The notes under the pieces were generated by a model. That model did not search any database. It was not told the DNA's origin and saw nothing but the letters and a program-made list of their open reading frames with translations. This document shows positions 1 through 16,549 of a stretch of DNA of 64,000 nt, in pieces. The DNA is from the human T2T-CHM13v2.0 reference genome, Homo sapiens: NCBI RefSeq assembly GCF_009914755.1, contig NC_060946.1. One strand, 5' to 3'. Position 1 is the stretch's first letter, and each line of letters opens with the position of its first letter. The translations under genes were made by a program, and so were the position numbers.

Positions 1-2592
1 AACGTTTTGATGTGATGATCACTGGAAACTATTTAGTGGCACGAAAACATAAACACGCCTCCGCTCCTCGTCCTGCCCTACCTCCCGGTACTCGCATCTA
101 TTTCATCTCTCACTGTTCATCCATTATTTGTCTCTTTATCGACCATATTTCCTCCAGATCTGCTGACTGGCCGTTCATTGTGCATTTCTGCCAAAGAGGC
201 TCTTGATTTCTGACTCTTCAAATCATTTCCAAATGTGTTACTGAGAACCAACTGCCTGAAGCCTGAGCGTCTGCAAGGAGGAGTTTATTTCGGGCAGAGG
301 GAGGGTGTGGGGGTGGCCCCGACTGGTCCTGACTCCCACCCATGCCATCTGGGAGGCTGGTGGCCAAGCTACGTGCACTCTGGCCCCAACTCTGCCCCAT
401 CGCCCCACGTACCTGGTACCCTTTGCAGGAGTGGAGGTGCCTCCCTGGGGCCGTGAGTGCTATGCAAAAAAGAACCAACTGTTCCCTAGGTTTCTGCACT
501 AAGGCAGGGAAGGGGAGGGCAGAACAATCTTGAGCTGACTGTCCCTGACTGCCACTTCACGGCTTGTCATCCTGGCCTAGTCTCAGGAAAGGGATCCCAC
601 AGCCGAGAATTTAGGAAATCAGCAGCTGGCTGTAAATAAGCTGATGATAAACAAGGCGACCTGCTGAATTAAAATGCAAAGCATTTCTCCCAGCTCCCTG
701 ATAACCACTGAAAGGTAAAATCGCCAGTCTTTCCATGAAAGAAATTAGCATTAATAAGATGAAACCGTATTTGGGATAACTGACAATTTGATGAATGTGC
801 TGAGAGGATTGGACGTGATGCATTTGATGGATAATATTTTGGGTTGCCTCGGGTTGCATTTAATTGTTCCTTCTTCGTTCTCAGCTTTAGTTAAGTGAAA
901 TAGAAAACCCCAGTGATGCTGGAATTTATCTTTCAGGAGGCAGATGCACGGCTTAATTATCAATCCCGGCTGATAGCCTCTCCGTCTGTGCACAGGGCAG
1001 TGGGGGACGTGGACTGAGCTCTCTGCGTCTCATTTTTCTCCGCCCCTCTGAACCGCATGTGCTGCCTGAAGGCGGATGTGCTGTCTCCCAGTTGGGCCTC
1101 CCTTCCCTTGGCCTGGTGCTGAGGTCGGTTGAGGCCTCCACAGAGATGGAGAGACGAGGTCCCAGGTCCACGTGCACCTGCTCACTCTCAGCGGGTGTCC
1201 GATTTCCCTTCACAGGAAAAGCCCGCAGGTCAGCTGGCAGAGAGGACCCCTGAGTTGAGATTCCAGAACTCTGTCCTCAGATATGATTTGGGGTCAAGCT
1301 GGTAGTCTAAATCCTTTTCCAGATGTCTTCTGAGGCTGGTTTCTTCTTTCCCTGTGGGGATGCAAATGCCCCCACAGGTGGACTACACCAGGCTGTACCC
1401 TGCAGGAGCAGTATCCTCCACCTGATTAACCCTTCCAAACCCTCTTTCCCCTGATGTTCTCACAGGGAGGTTTCTGGAACCCTCCTCTCCATGCTCTTGG
1501 GACCACCTATAGCTGCCTCTGACTCACAGCCCTCCTGGTCTGTTTCCTTGTCTTTGCCTCCAGGCTGAGATCACTGACTGCGTGGCTGTGCCCAGACACA
1601 GCTCACCGTGCTCAGTAGAACAACGTCACTCACTTCTGTCCCCAGTGCCCCGGCGAGGCCCGACCTGTAGAAGTGACTTCATAAATGTACATTAAATGCA
1701 GTGGAAGCATCCATTTCTTCATCTTTGTCCCTGCCTGAATGTTCAACTATTTGAAGGAAAGGACCTGTCTACCACCTCTTTGCCCCCAGCACTGGGCACA
1801 GGCCTAGCCCAGCCTCACGGTTCCGTGGGGACTTGAAAGAGAGGGGTGAGGGCTGCTTGGGCAAATGAGCCAAGTCTCCCATGGGCAGGCTCTGCCAGGA
1901 ATAAGGGTCACCTCAAGGGAAAGGCTGGCCTGTGCCAAGACAGATGCCAGGCCAAGGGGCACCGTGGCACCTGCCTTGCCCTGTAAACACGGCACAGGAA
2001 TGAGCCCTCACTGGAGAGAAGAGGGCCTGGGAGCTGGAGGCAGGCCTGGGGACTGAGCCTGCAAAAAATCCATTGAAGAGTCATGAAATGCTGGAAGGTG
2101 GAAATCAAGATCTGAATGTTTGCAAAGGAATATTTGGATCTTGGATGGAAAGACAAAATAAAAGTAACAGCAAAACTACAGTTACTTTTGCACAACCTAT
2201 GAAAACATATCAATTCTCCACAAATTAACAGCAAACTCTGAAGTAATTCCAAATGGAATTCCAACGTCTATGCATGTATGTGTGTTTGATTTAGCTAAAA
2301 TTATCTTAAATTCATGTAACAAAATATATGTCTAAAGTAATCAAGAAATCTATGAAAAAGAAAATTGAGATGGATCTTGCCCTAGAGAAATTCCAGCTGT
2401 TGTAATCAAAACGATTGCAGAGGAATGGATGGAACTGCCCTAAACGGAGAGGCCAGAAGAGACCCAGCAGGCATGGAAACTGAGTATATGAAAACCAAGG
2501 TGCTTTGACTCTGGGAAAAAACATGCTTTTCATAGTCATCTCTGCTGACCGTAGCACCTAGACAGGTAGAAGCAAAGAAAATGGGACTTCTG

Positions 2593-3092
<500 letters not shown>

Positions 3093-3713
3093 AAAGAAAA
3101 TGGGATTTCTGGTCATGTCATACTCAGAATAAATAGATACATCAAATGTTAATTATCACAAGGTAGGAAAAGAACAAAATCTTAGAAGAAAATGAATATG
3201 CATATAGCCTGTGGTTTGCACAAATGTTTTAAATCAATATTAGCTACTAGGAAGCTATTAATTAAACATACATACACAGAGAAGCATATGTAACTACTTT
3301 TAAACTAACATCCAGCAAAAAAGGCCAGAAGCAGAGTCAAAAGTAAAAATGATAGGAAAGCATTTCACAACGTAGGGTGCAATTACAGGGTTAACAGCCA
3401 CACTGTACAAGGAGCTTATACAAATTGATTTTTTAGAGAGACAAATAACTTGAAAATTAGGCAAAACATACGGATAGGCACTTACTAGAAAATTACCAAA
3501 TGGCCAAAAATTGTATAAAATTTACATGTAGACAGAAAATGCAAATTATTTTAATAAGGAGATACCAATTTTCACCTCTCAGACAGAGAAATATAAAGGT
3601 AACACCTTTTCCCAGAGATACGAAGGAAAGAACATTCTTTTATTATTGCTGGAAATGTGAATTATAACTGCTTTTTGGAAAGCCATTTGGAAAGAGAGAT
3701 TTGAATTAAAATG

Positions 3714-4041
3714 CAGTCATCCTTTGGTATCCATGGGGGCCCTGGTTTCAGGACCCCTGCTATTGCCAAAATCCAAGGATGCCCAAGTGGCCGTTATAGA
3801 ATGGTGTGGTATTTGCATGTCACCCAGCCACATCCTCCTGTGAGCTTCGAGTCATCTCCAGCTTACTCACAGGACCTGATAGGACATAAATGCTATGGAA
3901 ATTGTTGTTAGACGTTATTGTTAAAACTTGTGTTACTTTTTTTGCCGTATTATTAATTTTTATTGATTTTTTCCTGACTATTTTTTATCCGAGGTTGGTT
4001 GAATCACGGACGCAGAAGCCAGAGACTCAGAGGGTGAACAG
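3714..4041 (+). mobile_element. MER2-type TcMar-Tigger non-autonomous DNA transposon fossil
   Basis: Begins cagtcatcctttggtatccatggggg...caggacccc and ends ggttggttgaatcacggacgcagaagcc...gagggtgaacag followed by TA. Matches the recalled MER2 consensus ends. Confidence 0.8.
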
Positions 4042-4404
4042 TACCCAGCACACTGGCCCCGCCTTCCCATCCTGAGTCTCCATCCCTCAGAAATCAGCGC
4101 AGCCCTGCAGGAGGCCGGGGCAGGAGGACCATTGTGGAGGCACAGTTCGCAAAGGCAGGAAACGTCCCCGGCCCAGAGCGTCCCCCAGCCATGGGGAGAG
4201 GATGTCAGGGCTCTTGTGGCCACCTGGGAGCAAGCGGGGTTACACTGTCTGTTGGGTAAGAAGAGAGAGACTCAGAAAAGTGCACGCAGGACTCTAACTT
4301 TATTCCACAATTATAAACAGACCCAAACCATAGTATGTACTTACAACGAAAACATTGCACAATTATGCACAATAAAGTCTAGGCTGTGGGATATTATCCC
4401 ATTC

Positions 4405-5362
4405 AGTGCGTGTCTGTGGTGTATGTGATGGTGTGTGTTTGTGGTGTGTGTGTGTGATGTGGGGTGTGTGTGTGTATGTATGGTGTGGTGTGTGTGTATG
4501 GTGTATTTTGTGTGTGATGTGTGTGTGATGTGCGGTGTGTGTGTGTTTTGGGGGTAGTGTGATGTGTGTGATGTGTATGTGATGTGTGGTTTGTGTGTTT
4601 TATGTGTGGTGTGGTGTGTGTAGTATATTTTGTGTGTGATGTGTGGTGTATGTGTTTTGTGTGTGCTGTGTGGTGTATGTGTCTGCTGTGTGGTGTATGT
4701 GTGTGGTGTATTTTGTGTGTGGTGTGGTGTGCGGGGTGCAGTTTGTGTGCAATATACGGTGTGTGAGTTTTATGTGTTATTTGTGGTGTGTGTCGTGTGT
4801 GATGTGGGGCGTGTTTTGTTTGTGATCTGTGTGGTGTATTTTGTGTGTGGTGTGTGTGATGTGTGCGTGGTGTGGCACGTGTGATATGTGTGTGATGTGT
4901 GGTGTGTGTGGTGTTGTGTATAGTGCATGTGGAGTGTATTTTGTATGTGATATGTGCTGTGGTGTGTGATGTGTGTATGATGGGTGGTGTGTGTGTGTGA
5001 TGTCGGTTTTTTTCCTGTGGTGTGTTGTGTGTGGTGTATTTTGTGTGTGATATGGGGTGTGTGTGTGCTGTATTTTATGTGTGGTGTGTGGTGTGTGTTT
5101 TGTGTGTGGTGTGTGTGATGTATGTGTTATGTGTGGTACGTGTGTCGTGTGTGTGATGTGGTGTGTGCATTTTGTTTGTGGTGTGGCGTGTATTTTGTGT
5201 GCGATGTGGTGTGGTGTGTGTGTGTGGTGTGTGATGTGGGGTGTGTGTTGCGTGCTTTGTATTTTGTGTGTGATGTACTGTGTGTGCGGTGATGTGTGTG
5301 CTGTGTGTGTTGTATTTTGTGTGTGATGTTGGGTGTGCGTGGTGTGTGTGGTGTGTTTGTGA
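4405..5362. repeat. Degenerate (TG)n/(TGTGG)n low-complexity repeat, ~0.95 kb
   Basis: Read directly; recurrent gtgtattttgtgtgtg and tgtgatgtg units. Confidence 0.95.
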
Positions 5363-5762
5363 GAATGTGTACCACATCATGCTCGCCCAGGTGCAGGCTG
5401 CGTCCAGCTGGGGGTGTTACTCCTGGCACCGTCTGCCCTTCCCTCCGTTCCTCCCTCTGTGCCCCCTAGCTGTGCCCCTTGCCATCCTGGACCATCTTAC
5501 TGGGCTGGGTCTCCCAACTGGGTCTTGAGTCCACAGCACAAGGTCTCCTGCTGTGTGTGGGGCCTGCACTCAGGTGGAAAGGCAGGGGGAGGGAGGCTCA
5601 GAAATGGCCTGGAAGTGGCCATAGTCTTGGGCTGATTCAGCAGAGGGTGAAGGATTGGGTTGGAGGGACCTGAGCATGGACGTTCCCAGTGCCCTGAGTG
5701 GGCCGAGGGCAGAATGCTGTGCCCACAGCCGTTGCTCCCTGGTATGGTCATGTGGAGGAAGG

Positions 5763-6640
5763 TGGCAAAGGGGGACATTGTCACAGCCCGCCCACTCAAC
5801 CCGACCTTGTTTCCCTCCTTTAAAAATGGGGATGACTTTCCTAAAACATGTAAAACAAGAAGCCTCCTAGGGATACTAGAAAAGATCAACGGAAAGATAC
5901 TGGAAAAGAGCCAGGGCTGGGCCTGCTCTAGTTTCAGTGACTCCCTAGCCTGAACACTCTTGGACACCAGCCCATCCCCTGCCCTCATCCTCATCCTCTC
6001 TGAGTGTGCCTGACCCCGTCTAAATCCTCCTGCACACACTTCAGACCCCAGTGCATAGGTGGAAAAGGGGAGGCTTCCAGAAGCCAGGACAATTACAAGT
6101 CCCCAGGCTGCTGGGAGGTCAGGAGCCAGAGTAAACCACGGCCCAGGTCAGGAGCCGAGAACACCTCCCAAGGACCCTGGGGATGCAGGGCAAGGTGGCG
6201 CATTTCCAGCCGTCCGTCTTTGCAGAGCTCTCGGCGTGGCGTGATGAAGTTGGGGTCCGGGTGCTGGGGGAGGCACACGGACCTGAGACCCCACTTCCTG
6301 CCTCCCATCTGGGATACCAGTGTTTGCTTTCAGAGTGTCTGGAAGCTGGAGTGGCTGTGGTGGGAGTTGGAGCTGACCCGGGTCAAATCTGGCCTCCTAC
6401 AGACACCAGAGGAGCTGTGAGCCTGCCCAGTCCCGTCACCTTTTAGGGTCTCCCCCGAATGAGGTCCAGTGAGTAAAATGCCGGGATGTCCCTGTTCTTT
6501 ACCTTGCAAAAACCACTGATCTTTTCCAGTATCCTTAGGAGGCTTTTTGTTTTACATGTTTTAGAAGTCATGCCCATTTTTAAAGGAGAGAAACAAGGCC
6601 TGGTTGAGTGGGCGGGCTGTGACAATGTCCCCTTTTGCCA
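5763..6640. repeat. Inverted duplication: arms 5763-5892 and 6513-6640, ~620-bp spacer
   Basis: tggcaaagggggacattgtcacagcccgcccactcaac...gaaaagatca on the plus strand matches the reverse complement of 6513-6640, with about 8-10 substitutions and one 2-bp indel. Confidence 0.92.
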
Positions 6641-7554
6641 GCTCTCTTCTTTCTTCCCCAGCTGCACCCGATGACAATGTGCTTACTCTCTGCAGAGGTT
6701 TCAAGCCATCTCGGGCTCTGGCAGTGATGTGGGTGTGCAGATTGGGGCAGGGCAGCAGGCAGGGGAGGGCAAGGCCAGGGCAGGTCACTGAGGGCTGAGT
6801 GGGAGCACAGGGATGGCACTGGGATGGATGTCCAGGGCACTGAGAGCAGGATGGTGCATGACTTGGAAGGTCCTCCTGACCATTGGTCCATGATTAACTG
6901 CTGGGTCCAAGCCCAGGAAGGCCCCCCCAGTCCCTGCCCCTGGCCTGAGACTGGCTGCATCTGTTCCATCTTCAGGGAGTCACAGGAGCGGTGCTGTTGC
7001 TCTGTACAGCCTGGACCCGGCTGTGCCTCACAGGCTTCTCTGTAGCCATGTCTCATTTGGAATCTCCACCATAAAATGTGCCCTATGCGCTGGGGTGGGG
7101 GATCACAGGCATCACCTGAGACAAGGCGGGGAGAAGCAGAGTGGCAGTGCCCATGCCTGTGAGGTGCCCAGGGATGCATGTGCCCAGTCCCAGAACATCC
7201 ACATGGCTCTCTGCTTTCCCTGTCCTCTGATGTGTTCTCACTCTGCAGACACAGACCTGCAGCACCCAGCACTCAGCCAAAAGGCTGCAGCTGGTCATCC
7301 TGATTCCAGGACTAGGTGAACCTGCCTGAGACACGTACCGTCTCTGAACTTGTAATTCTGTGCCATGACAAATGCCCCAAATAGTCCCATGTGCCTGAGG
7401 AGGTTGATTGAGCATGTATATATTCAGTAGAGAGCTGCACCAATGTTGTTTGTGGGGTACTATTGTTGTTCCACCAAGCAACTCTTAATAAGGGATCTGT
7501 GAGAGTTAAAGGAGGTAAAGAATATAAAACCCAAAACCAGTTCTCAGGAAATGT

Positions 7555-8028
7555 TATCATTACCATCATCATCATCACCACCATCATCATCATCATCACC
7601 ACCATCAACATTACTATCACTATCAGCATCATCATCACCTTAATCACCATCACCATCACCACCATCATTGCCATCACCATCACCATTTTCACCACCATCA
7701 TCACCATCACCACCGTCACCATCACCATCACCACCACTGTCATCACCATCACCATCACCATCACTATCAATATTATCATCACCGTCATCACCACCATCAC
7801 CATTACTCTCACTATCAACATCATCATCACCTTCATCACCATCACCATCATCACTGACATCACCATCACCATCATCACCACTATCGTTGCCATCACCACC
7901 ATTGTCATTGCCATCACCATCACCATCACTATCAACATTATCATCACCATCATCACCACTATCACCATTGCCATCATTATCAACAACATCATCATCATCA
8001 TCACTGTCATCATCATCACTGTCATCCC
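7555..8028. repeat. (CAT/CAC)n degenerate trinucleotide repeat, left arm
   Basis: Read directly. Confidence 0.95.
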
Positions 8029-8576
8029 TGTGATGGTTAATATTGAGTGTTAACTTGATTGGATTGAAGAATGCAAAGTATTGTTCCTGGGTGTGTCTGT
8101 GAGGGTGTTGCCAAAGGAGATTAACATTTGAGTCAGTGGACTAAGAGAGGTGGACCCACCCTCAATCTGGGTGGCCACCATCTAATCAGCTGCCAGAGAG
8201 GCTAGAATAAAGCAGGCAGAAGATAGAAAGAGCAGACTTGCTGAGTCTTCCAGCCTTCATCTTTCTCCCATGCTGGATGCTTCCTGCCCTCAAACATCAG
8301 ACCCCAAGTTCTTCAGGTTTTGGTCTCTTGGACTTAAACCAGTGGTTTGCCAGGGGCTCTTGGGACTTTGGCCACAGACTGAAGGCTGCACAGTTGGCTT
8401 CCCTACTTTTGGGGTTTTGGAACTCAGACTGACTTCCTTGCTCCTCAGCTTGCAGATGGCCTATTGTGGGACTTCACTTTGTGATTGTGTGTGAGTCAAT
8501 ACTCCTTAATAAACTCCCCTTCATATATACATCTATCCTATTAGTTCTGTCCCTCTAGAGAACTCTGACTAATACA
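8029..8576 (+). mobile_element. Solo LTR MLT2A (MLT2A2-like; ERVL/HERV-L)
   Basis: TG...CA termini (tgtgatggttaatattgagtg ... tctgactaataca), AATAAA near 8508, perfect 5-bp TSD ATCCC at 8024-8028 and 8577-8581. The 548-bp length fits MLT2A2 better than MLT2A1. Confidence 0.9.
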
Positions 8577-8581
8577 ATCCC

Positions 8582-9583
8582 CATCTTTATTCCCATTCTT
8601 ATCCCCATCACCATGGTCACCATCACCATCATTACCATCACCATCACCACCATCATTATAGCCATCACCATCACCATCAACATCATCACCATCATCACCA
8701 TCACTACCATTACCATCACTATCAACATCATCATCACCCTCATTGTCATCATCATCATCCCCATCCTCATCCCCATCCCCATCACCATGATCACCATCAC
8801 TACCAACATCACCATCACCATCACTACCATCATCATAGCCATCACCATCACCATCACTATCAACATCATCATCACTATCAACATCATCATCCCCATCACT
8901 ATCATCACCATCACCACCATCAGCATTACTATCACTATCATCATCACCAACACCACCATCACCATTGCCATCACTATCAACATCTTCATCACCCTCATTG
9001 TGATAACCGTCATTCCCATCCTCATCTCCATCACCATCACCAAGACCATCATCACCACCAACATCACCATCACCACCATTACCATTACCATCACCATCAC
9101 CACCATCATCATAGCCATCACCATCACCATCAACATCATCATTGCCATCACCATCATCACCATCACTATCAACATCATCATCACCCTCATTGTCATCACC
9201 ATCATCCCCATCCTCATCCCCGTCACCATGATCACCATCACCACCAACATCACCATCACCACCATTACCATCACTGTCAACATCATCATCTTCACCCTCA
9301 TTGTCATCACCATCATCCCCATCCTCATTCCCATCACCACCACCACCATCACCATCATCACCACCATCATCACCATCAGCATCACCATTATCAACACCAT
9401 TACCATCACCATCACCACCATCATCATAGCCATCACCATCACCATCAACATCATCATCTTCACCAACATCATCATCTTCACCCTCATTGTCGTCACCACC
9501 ATCCCATCCTCATCCCCATCACCATCACCATCATCACCACGATCATCACCATCAACATCATCACCACTATCATCAGCATCATT
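8582..9583. repeat. (CAT/CAC)n degenerate trinucleotide repeat, right arm, with higher-order units
   Basis: Read directly; the motif caccctcattgt...atccccatcctcat recurs about 5 times. Confidence 0.95.
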
Positions 9584-10497
9584 ATGTTTATAATTATTTT
9601 CTAATAATTCTTTATATGTGCACAGCCTAGGATCTCATCATTTTATTCCCCATTCATAGAAGTGATGTATATAAGTCAAATAAACAACAATCCAACATAT
9701 CTTGTAAACCTCAGGCCCACTGCTAAGGTTTTGGTTTATTTACTTCCAGCCATTTTTTTCTTTTTTCTTCTTCTTTTTTTTTCTTTGTAATGCCCACGTC
9801 TCCTGGATCCTGAGCTGAAGCCACAGGTGGTGTCCACTCCGATAGATAAGACCTTGCCACTGCTTCTGACCTTGAAATGGCATAAAAACAGTCATCACAC
9901 ACAGCACCTGAAGGCCAGCATTGGCATCAGCCATTTGTTTTTATATCCTCTGTGTTCATTCTTTGATTTCGTTCCCTCACTCAGCAGATGAGCACTGGGC
10001 ACCAGCTGCATGCGAGATTATATTCTGCACATAACAGCCTCAGAGAAGCAACCCAGCCCATCCTGTCCTTCCCTGCCTGTGGGGGTGACTGTCATAGTCT
10101 CCAGTAAGTCAATGGCCAAATGCAGGTTGAGAAGAGAGGGTCATATAAAGTCCAGGGAGAACCACAGGCCTTTGGGGAGCTGTGCCCTGGTCCACATCCA
10201 GCCAGGAGGGAAGGACGGCTGTGCTGATCCCTCTGTGAGAGACTCCAGGTCAGCAGGGGCTCAAGGATCACAGCCGAGTTCTGCTCTCACCCTGGGGACC
10301 CAGGGAGACCTGCTTCTCACCCAGCCGCAGCTGTTTATAGCCAATGTTTTGTCCCCTGAACATGATCTCCCCAGGACCCCAGAGTCCTCCAGGCATTGCT
10401 CAGTGTCCCTCCAGGGTGGGGTTGGGGTGCTGCTCGTAGGTCCCCGACTCTGTGGCAGACCGTGACAGTCATTCTCTGCTCCTCGGCCACGCTGAGG

Positions 10498-10561
10498 CAG
10501 AGCCCTGAGTGTCCCTGTTGTCTCCTAACAGAGCCCTGAGTGTCCCTGCTGTCTCCTAACA
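10498..10561. repeat. 31-bp tandem duplication
   Basis: cagagccctgagtgtccctg(t/c)tgtctcctaa x2. Confidence 0.9.
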
Positions 10562-12427
10562 TCACCTTCAGGTCCTTGACGTTGCTCCCTTCTCCCACTG
10601 CCTCGGTTGTATTGAGTAGGAGGGGCCCCACCCCGAGTCCCCCTCCTGCCTCACTGCGCTCTCCTTCCAGACCCAGTTACAGTGTGATGCTGCCTGCTCC
10701 CCTGCAGAACTTGCCAGCCCCCGAGGCTGAGGGTGCTGTCAGATGTGTTTCTGTAGCCCCAAACCCGGTCCACAGTACATGTGACTCATTAAGGGACCAT
10801 GCGGGTGCCACTCTTCGGGGGGTCACACCACCACTGTGACCTCTGTCCTCTGCAATGGGGGGACATCCTCAGCTCTGGCCAGTGAGGTCCATTGCCCTGG
10901 GGTGGTTGTGAGCTTCGGGGCAGAGATGATCTCAGGAATGGGCTCCCTGCAGCTCCGGCCACCCCGCTCTTTAACCCAGGCGGCCGCCCACTCTCAGGGT
11001 CTCAGGGGCCTCCTTCCAACAGAAACCTTGATGTGGAGAGAAATCAAGACTAAAGGGCAGGATTAAAAGGAAAGAGGAGAGACCCCAAGGCAGGGGCGCT
11101 GAGGAAGAGGCCTGCAGAAGGACTCTGGGAGAGGGGCTGGGCGCAGCATCCTGGAGAGGTTGGAAGAGCAGAGACCTAGGCCATGAGGAGAGGAAGGAGC
11201 CGCTCTCCAGTGGGGTCACCTCCTGCTGCTCCCAGACCCAGGGGAGGCCCAGGGACAGCCCTGCTGGAGGGCAGCAGGCTGCGTTCTCACAGATAGACCC
11301 CTCCTTGGGCTCGGCGGCCCTGCCCCTCCTCCAGGCCAGCCCAGGCCCTCACCAGCCAAATGACAGCCACATGTCCTGGAGCAAGCCTGAGTCTCTCGGT
11401 GGCCCCCATCCTGGGCTAAGGCCCTCCCTGAGTTTTGCTCCCACCCATGGGGACCCACCCTTCATGGCTGAGACCCTCAGTTATCAGAACCACAGAGAGG
11501 CCCCGTGGGATGTCATGGTGTGGGAGCTCTAAGTGCCTTTTAATTTTACGGCCTCTTCTCAAAGATGTCTCCGAATCTATGGGCCCTCATGTAGGCTCCT
11601 GTGGGACGCAGCTGCACTTTGGGTTAATGGACTCGAATGGATTGTGTCTGAAACCTTTGACGTTGACCCTTCACTGCAAATGAGTGTTAAAGACGGACTT
11701 CAATCATTTGCTCCGAAGCTCAGAAGTGTTCACGACAACACCATTAATCCCTGTTTTCCAGAGCTGGCGGAAAGCTCTAAGTACCTTTAATACTTTCTAC
11801 ATCTGACAGCTTTAATTATTTCCCCTGCGCCATTACTGATCCAGCGAGTCAACCTATGACTTTGAAAGCCTTTGTCAATATCCATTGCCAATACCAGAAC
11901 CAATCGCTCCTTGGCCGTGACAGGGATCCTGGGGTGGGGTGTGTGGCCCCTGCTCCTCTCACAGCTCCCCACCTGAGAGCTACCCTCTGCCTCTCTCTGC
12001 AGCAGGGATCCCTCTTTGTGGCCACATTTTCACAGCAGCTCCCCACGAGGGAGGTCCTGGACTGCAATAGGGTCCCCTTTGACACACGACAGGGTCTGTG
12101 ACTTAAACACCTGAACTCTCTGGGGATGGGGGAGACTCCAGTGGAACAAGGAAAGCTCATTCTGGCCAGGCAGTCTCCCCCCAGGAACCCTAGGGTCTGA
12201 GTAAGTGAGAAGGGTACTGTGGTCGAAGGCGGCCGCTAAGGCAGAGTTGGGTGCTGACTTCATTCCCTTTGGATAAACACCTGGAAGAGGGGTTGCTGGG
12301 TCATATGGCAGTTCCGTTTTTAATTCTTTGAGGCACCCCTGTATTGTTTCCATAAAGGCTTTACTTATTTACATTCCCATCCACTGCCCATAACGGCTCT
12401 TCTTTCTTTTTTTTTTTTTTTTTTTTT

Positions 12428-12439
12428 AAGTTGAAAGTC
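12428..12439 (-). other. 12-nt 3' transduced segment (GACTTTCAACTT) between two poly(A) tracts
   Basis: L1 sense reads ...GTATAAT-A14-GACTTTCAACTT-A20-TSD. Confidence 0.85.
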
Positions 12440-12658
12440 TTTTTTTTTTTTTTATTATACTCTAAGTTTTAGGGTACATGTGCACATTGTGCAGGTTAGT
12501 TACATATGTATACATGTGCCATGCTGGTGCGCTGCACCCACTAATGTGTCATCTAGCATTAGGTATATCTCCCAATGCTATCCCTCCCCCCTCCCCCGAC
12601 CCCACCACAGTCCCCAGAGTGTGATATTCCCCTTCCTGTGTCCATGTGATCTCATTGT

Positions 12659-16486
<3,828 letters not shown>

Positions 16487-16549
16487 TATGATGTTAGCTG
16501 GTGATTTTGCTCATTAGTTGATGCAGTTTCTTCCTAGTCTCGATGGTCT

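Noticed and set aside
4584-5528. Cys/Val-rich and His/Thr-rich ORFs resembling metallothionein-like proteins
   Set aside because: Translation of the (TG)n low-complexity repeat.
5763-6640. Interpretation as a novel MITE with long TIRs
   Set aside because: No target-site duplication or recognisable transposon termini; kept only as an inverted duplication.
7312-9593. Long Ile/Thr, Met/Val and Ser/Pro ORFs (up to 326 aa)
   Set aside because: By-products of the (CAT/CAC)n repeat, which lacks stops in several frames; no evidence of a real gene.
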